A stretch of 44,180 bases of DNA from contig JBKBUA010000005.1 of assembly GCA_046290845.1 (NCBI GenBank), positions 1 through 44,180 on the forward strand, read 5' to 3'. The translations under genes and the position numbers were made by a program. The DNA is from Thermodesulfovibrionales bacterium (GTDB lineage: Bacteria > Nitrospirota > Thermodesulfovibrionia > Thermodesulfovibrionales > UBA9159). Below, in pieces: positions 10,401-17,890 of the stretch. Each line of letters opens with the position of its first letter. The first letter of the stretch is position 1. A model generated the notes under the pieces. The model was not told where the DNA came from. It was given only the letters and a program-made list of their open reading frames with translations, and ran no database searches.

Positions 10401-10860
10401 CTGTCTCTGGGTCACGGGGGAATCCTGCCTTGATCCAGTCATACCATCCCTTCCTCACCATGGTTGCCTTCACACGCCTGTCACCATAAAATCTCCTCGG
10501 AAGGACCAGTGCCTTCTGACAGCATCTCGGTTCCCATCTGTGAGTAGCCTTATTACCATAGGCATCCACTGCCTCACCAAAGGCGTAGGTAGGCCCTACC
10601 CTGACAATCACACCATTTCTCACATAGGCCCTTAAAAGGCAGTTATGGGTATCATTTGGCGCGCAGGTAAAGGTAAAGATGTTGTCATACCTGAATTTGT
10701 CCCTGTAGAGTTTCTCCCAGTCCCTGTTTGGGTATTCTCCGAGGGGATTATCAATGCTGACAGGTTGAAGAAAGGCAAGCCTTGGTGAACTTGCAGCAAG
10801 CCCAGCAACACCTGCCAGTGCCACCTTAAGAAACTCTCTTCTGCTAAAACCTTTCATCAC
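7411..10860 (-). CDS. Periplasmic (TAT-exported) molybdopterin alpha subunit of a type II DMSO-reductase-family enzyme (NxrA / periplasmic NarG-like), 1149 aa
   Basis: Twin-arginine signal MMKGFSRREFLKVALAG. N-terminal Fe-S motif C-APN-D-THN-C. The size and the beta/gamma partners are typical of Nitrospira/anammox-type NXR. Confidence 0.88.
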   Translation of the reverse strand: MMKGFSRREFLKVALAGVAGLAASSPRLAFLQPVSIDNPLGEYPNRDWEKLYRDKFRYDNIFTFTCAPNDTHNCLLRAYVRNGVIVRVGPTYAFGEAVDAYGNKATHRWEPRCCQKALVLPRRFYGDRRVKATMVRKGWYDWIKAGFPRDPETGRAPDKYFQRGKDKWLKVSHEEAYELVAKAIKNIAETYTGEKGAEYLSKQGYDPASIEAMQKAGTQVLKFRGGMPLLGATRLMGFVRMANMMALLDNHIRNTGPDKAIGSRHLDNYSWHTDLPPGHPMVTGQQTVDCDLSMAEKSKLITLWGMNWISTKMPDGHWLTEARQRGSKVINITIEYQSTANKSDEVIIIRPGTDHALMLGIAHILMKEKLYDEDFVKSFTDLPLLVRTDTMQLLRASDIIKDYKPSHLKNYISVIEKGKTAPPPFKHEKQYLPENMRLEWGDFVVWDSKAQKTVAVNRDQVGKYFKSLNVEPAFTGKFNVKTVDGKDIEVRPVYDILWEYISQFTPEIVSEITWAPQEAVRNLAHEIAKNKKATFFAVGMGPNQFFNASLKDRGIFLIAALTNNIGHIGGSPGSYAGNYRVALYNGLPQYIIENPFDIELDPSKLARVKPYLKFESAHYFAHDSKPLRIGNRLFTGKTHIPTPSKLVWFANSNSLIGNCKGSYEVVVNALPKVEAVIMAEWWWTMSCEYSDVVFAVDSWAEFKHPDLCGSVTNPFNQVYPRTPIKRIFDTVGDIDTLAGVARKLTKLTGDRRFEDYWRFVYENKVDVYLERITKTSTSLKGYSFKEIHEKALKGIPSLKNLRTYPKVTGWEQTNEDKPWYTKSGRLEFYREEPEFIEHGENLPVYREPIDATFYEPNVIVSRPISLLKPIQPEDFGLRKEELSTEVRQVRNIVKHWDELKKTRHPLMKEKGYKFLFITPKYRHGAHSTPIDLDVITVWYGPFGDIYRKDKRKPWVGEAYVNMNPHDAKELGINDGDYVWIDADPEDRPFHGWQKKPADYKVARMMCRVRYYSAIPRGVLIMWHNMYQATHGSVKGHETNPDGLARNPETNYQSIFRYGGHQSCTRTWLGPTLMTDSLVRKEVFGQQIGKGFLPDVHCPVGAPREAFVKVTKAEDGAIGGKGLWRPAALGYRAGYENEAMKRYLNGGYIS

Positions 10861-11581
10861 TTCCCTCCTTTAAACACAATTCTTTATCGTTTTCATTCGG
10901 CCTGTTAAAGTAAAAGATCCTATCAATCTTGACTGAGTAAAGATCACATTCCATCTCTATCCATTCCTTCAACAATCTGCTAAGGGTGCTATAAAATGGT
11001 ATATCCTTTGTCATCTGTAGTAGAGCCTCTGTCCATCGCCCGATATGAGATGAAAGAAACTTCCTTTCTGCATTAGTGGTAACATCAAGTTTTTCCTGAT
11101 CCCCTTCCTGTAATGCCATGGCCTCTTTCAATGAGAGGATACGCATAAATTCAAGCTCGAGAGATAGATGATCAGGCCTTTCGCCATCAAAATCAAAACC
11201 AAAGGCCCTGTAAAAACCAGCTATATCTGCCATCTCTTCATAGGAATTAAAGGGATGAAGGTAGTTCCCCTCATAAAGAAGATTCTTCTCAGGAGAAACT
11301 ATAAAACAATATTCTTCTAAGAGGTCATTTATCTCCATCCTCATGGTTTCGTCTATCAGGGTATAAAGGGACTGTAGAATACCATCCTTTAATTCAGGAT
11401 GAAATCTAAGTGACTTTGTCATATGCTCAAAGAATTCCCCATTTTTTATGAAGTCAAGGAACTCAGTCCCTGGTTCTCCATAGCAATGGGATAATAGCTC
11501 ATATACTGTGCTTCTGCTAAAAGCCACTTCAGCATTTTGAATCTTGAATCTTGAATTTTGAATCCTGATTTCTTTACTCAT
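10844..11581 (-). CDS. TorD/NarJ-family molybdoenzyme maturation chaperone
   Basis: ATG 11581 overlaps the upstream stop (ATGA at 11578-11581), so the longer track start at 11638 is rejected. TorD-like motifs (...RPDHLSLELEFMRIL...). Confidence 0.8.
   Translation of the reverse strand: MSKEIRIQNSRFKIQNAEVAFSRSTVYELLSHCYGEPGTEFLDFIKNGEFFEHMTKSLRFHPELKDGILQSLYTLIDETMRMEINDLLEEYCFIVSPEKNLLYEGNYLHPFNSYEEMADIAGFYRAFGFDFDGERPDHLSLELEFMRILSLKEAMALQEGDQEKLDVTTNAERKFLSSHIGRWTEALLQMTKDIPFYSTLSRLLKEWIEMECDLYSVKIDRIFYFNRPNENDKELCLKEGSDERF
11537..11571 (-). repeat. Tandem heptanucleotide repeat (GATTCAA-type, 4-5 units) inside codons 4-15 of the chaperone gene
   Basis: + strand reads TTGAATC TTGAATC TTGAATT TTGAATC CTGATTT (11537-11571) and encodes IRIQNSRFKIQN. 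Same unit as 6224-6251. Confidence 0.9.
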
Positions 11582-12303
11582 TCCCATGTCCTCGGTTTCA
11601 CACCTGCCCTGTGATAGGCATACATTATTACCTTCCATATCTCATCCTCCTCGAGCTCATCACCCCATCCTGGCATTGCTGAACGGAACTGTTTATCATG
11701 AATACCTCCATCCCTCACCCTCCAGTAGACATAACCCAAAGGTAGCTGGGCAAGGGTACCAGGTTCCTTGAAATTCGTTGGTGATGCTGGGTATCTTATC
11801 GCACTCGCAAGAGGACCTTTTCCATCGGCATTCTCGCCATGACAGACAGCACAATTGTCATTGTATATCTGTTTTCCTTCTTCAATAAGCTTAGGGTCCC
11901 ATTTATCAGGATTCGCTGCCCATTCAGGAACCTTTAGTGTCACTACCCACTCAGGAGGAGTCACATGGGGCTGGAATAATTCAGCAGGGGGTGAATAAGT
12001 AACCCTTTCTTTTGAATAGACATTGTAGGCAACAAAGATGGGGATAATCACCAGGACTGCCTTTCTGAATATATCCCATATCGCTGGTAATTTAGACCTC
12101 AAAGAGATAAAATCAAGGAATTCCTCTATCCTCTCATCCTCAAGTGTTATATAGATAATAACACCGGCAATCACAAACATCATAAAGAAGTTCGTAAGAT
12201 TTGCTGGCAGAGGCGGTTGAATAACAAATCTCATAAGGATATAGGCACCTATAATTACTGCCAGTGCCACAATCCCTGACGGTATCTTTTTACCATTACT
12301 CAT
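11578..12303 (-). CDS. Membrane-anchored (about 3 TM) monohaem cytochrome c, module A
   Basis: Three N-terminal hydrophobic helices. CAVCHG haem motif with a distal SAMPGW Met. Ends ...KPRTWE, like its paralogue at 22397-23200. Confidence 0.85.
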   Translation of the reverse strand: MSNGKKIPSGIVALAVIIGAYILMRFVIQPPLPANLTNFFMMFVIAGVIIYITLEDERIEEFLDFISLRSKLPAIWDIFRKAVLVIIPIFVAYNVYSKERVTYSPPAELFQPHVTPPEWVVTLKVPEWAANPDKWDPKLIEEGKQIYNDNCAVCHGENADGKGPLASAIRYPASPTNFKEPGTLAQLPLGYVYWRVRDGGIHDKQFRSAMPGWGDELEEDEIWKVIMYAYHRAGVKPRTWE

Positions 12304-12353
12304 CTTATTCCTCCCTTCTATGCTACTTTTTACGGATTACGATTCTCGGTCTT

Positions 12354-12770
12354 TTATGGCGCCTTAATATCACCTATCCTCACCTTTGGTCTTCCCCCAA
12401 GACTCTGGAGATAAGCAATTACTGCTGTTATCTCAGCATCATTCAGATTCGCCGGTGGTTTATTCGCAGGCGGCATCACAGCAGTCCCGTTATAAAGAAA
12501 AGCTGCCATAGTCTCTGCATCCCTCTCAGCACCAATCCTTGAAAGGTCAGGACCGCGGAGTTTTTCACCTGTTACACTGTGACACACCCCGCAGCCTGCC
12601 TTCTTGAATATCCCCTTACCTTCCTCAGCGAGTTGGCGTGGGGTCATGTCAGGTGTAAGGATCTTCTTCTTTGGGGCTTCCCATGCTGACTGCGGGATAG
12701 AGTTACCAAACCAGGCATAAAAGCCTGTGATGACAATAGCCACTATTATAAGTTTTGTTCCTCCTTTCAT
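12354..12770 (-). CDS. Single-TM-anchored monohaem cytochrome c, module A
   Basis: N-terminal helix LIIVAIVITGFYAWF, CGVCHS motif, AVMPP distal Met. Overlaps the CydA-like gene stop by 4 nt. Confidence 0.85.
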   Translation of the reverse strand: MKGGTKLIIVAIVITGFYAWFGNSIPQSAWEAPKKKILTPDMTPRQLAEEGKGIFKKAGCGVCHSVTGEKLRGPDLSRIGAERDAETMAAFLYNGTAVMPPANKPPANLNDAEITAVIAYLQSLGGRPKVRIGDIKAP

Positions 12771-14455
12771 TCTTCACCTCCCTTTGCGCCTGTAAACCTG
12801 AAAACAAAACCTATAAGGATAAGGAAAAGAAGTGTTATCCCTGATATAACGAGTGTTGCCTGCCCCATTGGTGGAAGACCTGCATACTTTGATGTATCCT
12901 CAAGAACTCCGTATATATGCCAGTTAAGCCTTGCTGCAGCACGACCATATCCGAGGAGTGCCATTGCCCACACATTTGAGACAGCAGCAATAATCAATGC
13001 ATACTGTGACCTCGGCGGCATATCTCCCCATCTTATCTCACCCATCTTCTGCGCACCTTTAAGAAGAAGACCATCGAAGAGGTACAGGAATCCTATGGCG
13101 GGAACCATAAACAGGAATGTGTAAATAGATAGCTTAATCCTCGTTGCAGATGGAACCCTATAACTGTAATAAAGGACTATCAAATTAACAGCTATGATAA
13201 GGAGTATGACAAGCCATTCAAGGTATATGAAACCCTTCCTTCCTTCAGGAATAATCTTTCCCGCCCTCCTGTTAAGGATAAAGGTCAGGATAACAGCAAG
13301 GATCGCTATATTCACTGCTGCAATCTTTGGTGCCATTATTCCTAAGGTCCCATAGATCCAGTGTGTGCCTCCAGCAATGTCCTCAAGTGATGCAACCCAT
13401 GCCCTCGGAACTGCCCATACAGCAAAGGTTATGATCAAGCCCCAACTGAGATAGGGGACATATTTCTTGTAAGCCTCTCCCCCTGGTATCCTCCTTAATC
13501 CTATCCAGAGGTAATAACATACACTGAGCCATATAACTGCTATCACTATTGCCTGAAGAAGCCATATCTTTGAAAGAGCTCCACCCATGAAGGTTATTCC
13601 CATCTGGGCATTGAACCTGTATATCTCCATGCCAAAGTAATAGCCTGCAAAGGGAAGGAGTATCATGGTGACAACACCAATGAATGTGCCTGTATAACCC
13701 ATCCAGTCATAGTGTGCCTTTTCCTCAGGGGTCTCTGCTGAAAGGAACTTATAGGCAGCATAGGCAGCACAGATAAAACCACCGAATGTAACATTTGCTA
13801 TGAACCTGTGGATATTTATTGGTATAAAGGTAAGATTGAAGATGGCATCCTTAAGGCTTATGATCTTGCCTGCTGCATCAACACCTTGAGGGCTCAGATG
13901 GAATGAGCCCCATACATTGCCAACCATCATTACGAGGGTTCCGAGTATATTGAGAACCAGTCCGAGAGCTATATGCTGTGACTTCTTTTCTCCCTTGAGC
14001 TTATCCCAGGTTGTCCAATAGAAGTAAACAGCCGTCGTCTCTGCAATGATCAGTAGAGCAAACCAGATATAGGTGGTCTTGAAGTTATTGGTCATGTAAT
14101 TCATGAACTTCGGGAACAGGGCATAACTTGTAAGAGTAAACAATCCCCCCAGTATTGCTGTTATTGAATATGAAAGGGGAAGAAGCCTTGCAAAGTCCTT
14201 TGCAAGCCTGTCAAGCCTCTCATCCTTTTTGATATGGCCCGCAATCTCAATTATCAGGACAAAGACAGGCACAGCAAGGATGAAGGCAGCAAATAAAAGC
14301 ATGGTCTGTGCAAGAATCCAGACAACATTCCTTGCCCCTATCAGAGGGAATTCTCCATAATCAAAGCCTGCTTTCGCACCGAGATAAATTCCAATAACGG
14401 CAATGATTATGCCTGTAAAAAGTGAAAGCTGCTTCTTAATCAGTCCTCCCATCAT
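12767..14455 (-). CDS. CydA-like 'cytochrome bd-like' polytopic membrane protein (no CydB partner), module A
   Basis: Matches CydA landmarks: conserved Glu (IIAETT), His in NIHRFIANV, C-terminal GRAAARLNWHIYGVL. Extra helices sit in the middle. Met52 occupies the position of the N-terminal CydA His. Confidence 0.8.
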   Translation of the reverse strand: MMGGLIKKQLSLFTGIIIAVIGIYLGAKAGFDYGEFPLIGARNVVWILAQTMLLFAAFILAVPVFVLIIEIAGHIKKDERLDRLAKDFARLLPLSYSITAILGGLFTLTSYALFPKFMNYMTNNFKTTYIWFALLIIAETTAVYFYWTTWDKLKGEKKSQHIALGLVLNILGTLVMMVGNVWGSFHLSPQGVDAAGKIISLKDAIFNLTFIPINIHRFIANVTFGGFICAAYAAYKFLSAETPEEKAHYDWMGYTGTFIGVVTMILLPFAGYYFGMEIYRFNAQMGITFMGGALSKIWLLQAIVIAVIWLSVCYYLWIGLRRIPGGEAYKKYVPYLSWGLIITFAVWAVPRAWVASLEDIAGGTHWIYGTLGIMAPKIAAVNIAILAVILTFILNRRAGKIIPEGRKGFIYLEWLVILLIIAVNLIVLYYSYRVPSATRIKLSIYTFLFMVPAIGFLYLFDGLLLKGAQKMGEIRWGDMPPRSQYALIIAAVSNVWAMALLGYGRAAARLNWHIYGVLEDTSKYAGLPPMGQATLVISGITLLFLILIGFVFRFTGAKGGEE

Positions 14456-15704
14456 CTCCTCCTATCTCCATGATTTTTTTATAGCCATGAGAATATCCCA
14501 CCTTTTTGAGTTCGTCTATGAACCCAGAGGTAATAGTATCTATCCCTTTTTTTCTGGCCTTTGATTCAATCATCCTTACAATCATATTCCGCATAAAGGT
14601 AGGGACATTCTTGATTCTTTCCTTTGCCCTTTCATCCCACTTGAGATCAGAAGTCTCCTTCATCTCGACAGTAACCTTTCCTTTTCCTTCAGGGACATAG
14701 CCGCAGAGACTGTCCTCATCCATCATGTCACCACTGTTAACTAAGGCCCTTGCCCTGCAGCCACCACATATCTCTGTATACTCACAGATACCGCACCTCC
14801 CCTTGTAATTCCCTTCTCTCAACAACCTGAGATAAGAAGCCCCTTCCCATATATCCGAGAGAGAGGATTCTCTAATATTTCCTGCAATAACAGGCATATA
14901 GGGGCATGGAGTCACATAACCCTCGGGGTCTATCCTCATGTAAGACCTTCCAGCAAGGCATCCCCTCGTGCCGGCAGGGATTGAATATCCATCCTCATAA
15001 AGAACTCTATAAATATGAGGGGCGCACCTTGCCCTCACCATAAGCCTTTTTTCCTTGAATGTCCTGCTTGCTACATGGCGAAGGGCTGACTCATAATTAT
15101 CTGTTGATATGTCTGTCTTCATTGCCCTTCCTGTGCATATGAGGAAAAAGAAATTAATAGCCTTCACACCAAGACCAACTCCGAATTCAATAAAGCGGTC
15201 TATCTCCTGATAGTTTCTATCTGTCAGTGTCACATCGAGTTGCGTCTCTATCTCCGCCTCTCTTGCATATCTCAGGCCACTCACAGATAGTTCCCAGGCA
15301 CCATCAAAACCCCTGAATCTATCATGCTCCTCTGGATTAACAGAATCTATGCTGACCCCAACTCCCCTGAGACCAGCCTCCTTAAGGAGACTCACAACTT
15401 CCTTTGTAAGGAGTATCCCATTCGTTCCGAGGACAGGGATAAACCCTCCAGATGAAGCATATTCTATAATCTCATAGATATCCCTTCTAAGCAGCGGCTC
15501 ACCACCACTCAGAACGAGCATCAATCTATCATTGATATAGGAAAGTTCATCAATGACGTGCCTTGCCTCTTCCGTTGTAAGTTCTGAATTATTCTGCTCA
15601 AGCCTCGCAGTGGAATCGATATAACAGTGAGGACATAGGAGATTGCATCTCTTTGTCACATTCCATGAGACTATGTAGGGCTTGTAATCACTCATAACTG
15701 CCAC
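14436..15704 (-). CDS. Radical SAM / SPASM-domain protein (NirJ/AhbC-D-like) with C-terminal PCP_red-like domain
   Basis: CNLLCPHCY (CxxxCxxC). SPASM Cys cluster CGICEYTEICGGCRARA. Tail KWDERAKERIKNVPTFMRNMIVRMIESKARKKGIDTIT resembles the protochlorophyllide-reductase B C-terminal domain. Confidence 0.8.
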   Translation of the reverse strand: MAVMSDYKPYIVSWNVTKRCNLLCPHCYIDSTARLEQNNSELTTEEARHVIDELSYINDRLMLVLSGGEPLLRRDIYEIIEYASSGGFIPVLGTNGILLTKEVVSLLKEAGLRGVGVSIDSVNPEEHDRFRGFDGAWELSVSGLRYAREAEIETQLDVTLTDRNYQEIDRFIEFGVGLGVKAINFFFLICTGRAMKTDISTDNYESALRHVASRTFKEKRLMVRARCAPHIYRVLYEDGYSIPAGTRGCLAGRSYMRIDPEGYVTPCPYMPVIAGNIRESSLSDIWEGASYLRLLREGNYKGRCGICEYTEICGGCRARALVNSGDMMDEDSLCGYVPEGKGKVTVEMKETSDLKWDERAKERIKNVPTFMRNMIVRMIESKARKKGIDTITSGFIDELKKVGYSHGYKKIMEIGGDDGRTD

Positions 15705-16771
15705 CCTTGGAACCTTTCTGACCGAGCTATAAAGACGCTACAGGGAGCAAACCTCAAGACATTTTCTGTAACAGAGCCAATGTCAATCCCTTCAACATAA
15801 TGCCTCCCTGTCCTGCCGAGGAATATCAGGTCAGCCTCAACCTCAGAGGCATAATCACAGATCCTCTTGTATATGTGACCTTCCAGGACTTTTTTTACTA
15901 TGGGATAACCATCTCCAACTAACCCAAAGCCTTGTGTCTTTATCTGTTGCTCTACTGCTCTACTGCCTTGCTCCGAAAAGACCTCTCTTTCAGCCTTTTC
16001 GAGTATTAAACTACCAACCCGAGCAAGTCCCTTATCAATAAACGCATCATGGATTTTTTCCTGTTCTTTAGAGTTAAAGGAGAACCCCTCCCTGTTGATT
16101 ACAGATTCCTTGAGCCTTCCAAAGAGGTCTTTATGAAGGGCTGAATCAAAGACATAGATGAGATGGAGTTCTGCATTGAATCTCTCTGCAAAGAAACGGG
16201 CTGCCCTAAGTGAAGCTATGGCAGAGGAACTACCATCGAGACAGACAACATAGCGAGGATTGTCAAAGCTTATCCTCTCTTTAACGATAAGAAAGTTTGT
16301 ATCAACAAGCCTCAAGACCCTGAGACAGACACTGCCGATAAAGCCATTACCATTACTGTTAAAACCATGGGAACCCATTATAACGAGGTCACCTTGCTCT
16401 TCCTCTATAATCTCCTTTATTGCCCTGAAGTTCTTTCCTTCCCTCACATTCTCTCTGAAATCAACCGATGTGACGGCAAACCTCTCCCTTAGAGGCCTCA
16501 AATAGGAAAGTGATATCTTCTCCATGCCGATATTTATGAGTTTGTTATGCACATCCCTCTGCCTCTCAAGTATCTCCTCCTTCTGATACTTTTCAGGAAG
16601 GGTTGGCTCCATTATCCTGAAGGCACCTTCATGCATTGAGGCATTATAGCCATGAATTCCTACAACCTCTGAACCAAAGGCCCTGGCAATACTAATAGAA
16701 ATTTCTGTTGCAATTACTGATGGGTCACTGTTGTCATAACAAAGGATAATCTTTTTAATCGCCTCGTCCAT
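15692..16771 (-). CDS. Tandem universal stress protein (two USP domains)
   Basis: Two repeats of the USP fold pattern (...DLVIMGSHGF...GSV... and ...DLIFLGRTGRH...GSVTENVLR). Confidence 0.8.
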   Translation of the reverse strand: MDEAIKKIILCYDNSDPSVIATEISISIARAFGSEVVGIHGYNASMHEGAFRIMEPTLPEKYQKEEILERQRDVHNKLINIGMEKISLSYLRPLRERFAVTSVDFRENVREGKNFRAIKEIIEEEQGDLVIMGSHGFNSNGNGFIGSVCLRVLRLVDTNFLIVKERISFDNPRYVVCLDGSSSAIASLRAARFFAERFNAELHLIYVFDSALHKDLFGRLKESVINREGFSFNSKEQEKIHDAFIDKGLARVGSLILEKAEREVFSEQGSRAVEQQIKTQGFGLVGDGYPIVKKVLEGHIYKRICDYASEVEADLIFLGRTGRHYVEGIDIGSVTENVLRFAPCSVFIARSERFQGWQL

Positions 16772-16845
16772 CCCTCCTCCTTTAACCCCATTTTAATTTG
16801 ATAAGATTATGCAGGTCAGTAACTTTAGTCACAGGGCAATAGGAA

Positions 16846-16881
16846 TTTACAAAATTTACAAATCTTTACAAAAAATTTACA
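16846..16881. promoter_or_regulatory. Four helically phased direct repeats TTTACA(AA) in the 105-nt gap upstream of the USP gene
   Basis: TTTACA at 16846, 16855, 16865 and 16876 (spacing 9/10/11 nt). This is one of the few non-coding gaps within the 32-kb gene array. Confidence 0.4.
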
Positions 16882-17890
16882 CAACGTGCTCTATTGCAAC
16901 GGTAAAAGTGATTGATACATTAAGACCAATTCCGAGAAGATAAAGCCTTTTCATATAGTCATTTATGATTACAGAATGGAGCTTATCGTGTCTGAAGAAT
17001 TGAATAACCACTGCCCAGAGTGGTGACAGGGTTCCGATGATAAAAAAGGCCGTAAAGGGAATACTGACTGGGGCATACTGCCAGAGACAGTAAAGACAGT
17101 GATGATCGGGTAACCCCGTTACTCTTGGGGCTATAACCTCAAAGGTAGCAATGAGTGTCACTGCTCCATTAATCAGTCCCATAAGACCGGCACCTGTGAC
17201 TAAAACAAGAGGATAACTGCCTTTGTATCGATAATAAACAAGGATAGATATCATCAGGGAAAGAAAAAAGAGATTTGATAGATAATAGAGTGGCATGATG
17301 AACCCTTGATATTCCTTACCGATAAAGACAGAAGAGAGCGTGGCTGTGAACCTCTTTTCCGGGAGATCGAATACAGTAGTGCAACAGGCAACAGAGGTCT
17401 TTATATCAAAGCCTGAGAAGTAAAGAATGTCAATGAGACTGTCAAGAAGGGATAGAAGACTCGCACCTGAGAGAAGAAGAAATCCTTTTCTCTGAAGCAA
17501 GGCCCTTTCTGTCCTTTCATCTATCTTGTTGACGATCAGCCAGGCTCCTAGGGAGAAAAACACAAAGGGCTTGATTATCTGTATTAACACAGAAAATCCC
17601 GATTGAACCTGAGTCACTCCGAATATACACATAGCACCCTGGACATAAGGGATATAACTCTGAAGGGTAACATAGAGAAAGGGCCAGATCAGGAGCTTTA
17701 TAATAAAGACCGTTATGGCAATAACCAGAAGAAGGTGTGATCTCTCCTCAACAAGGACTCTTCCCTCTACATTAAATACAGTCAAGGTCTTTCTGTAAAG
17801 AGAAAGAGACGAAAAAAGAAGGATAAAGGAGAGCAAACCGGTTATAAAAGATATAAAGAGCATGAGGATAGTGAAGGAATTCAGTATCAT
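16877..17890 (-). CDS. Polytopic (about 8 TM) membrane protein of unknown function with Cys motifs
   Basis: Hydrophobic throughout. Contains GAMCIFG, VACCTTVFD and DHHCLYCLW. Overlaps the ABC ATPase stop by 4 nt. Confidence 0.6.
   Translation of the reverse strand: MILNSFTILMLFISFITGLLSFILLFSSLSLYRKTLTVFNVEGRVLVEERSHLLLVIAITVFIIKLLIWPFLYVTLQSYIPYVQGAMCIFGVTQVQSGFSVLIQIIKPFVFFSLGAWLIVNKIDERTERALLQRKGFLLLSGASLLSLLDSLIDILYFSGFDIKTSVACCTTVFDLPEKRFTATLSSVFIGKEYQGFIMPLYYLSNLFFLSLMISILVYYRYKGSYPLVLVTGAGLMGLINGAVTLIATFEVIAPRVTGLPDHHCLYCLWQYAPVSIPFTAFFIIGTLSPLWAVVIQFFRHDKLHSVIINDYMKRLYLLGIGLNVSITFTVAIEHVV

Noticed and set aside
11582-11638. Longer start (MEGNNVCLSQGRCETEDMG...) for the TorD-like chaperone, and similarly 1048-1095 for the flavin reductase, 22384-22431 for the c2::EB_dh fusion, 36718-36756 for the dihaem cytochrome and 27839-27862 for the transglutaminase-like protein.
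   Set aside because: Internal ATGs have good Shine-Dalgarno sequences or ATGA coupling, and they give sensible N-termini (signal peptides or TAT motifs). The extensions overlap upstream genes.
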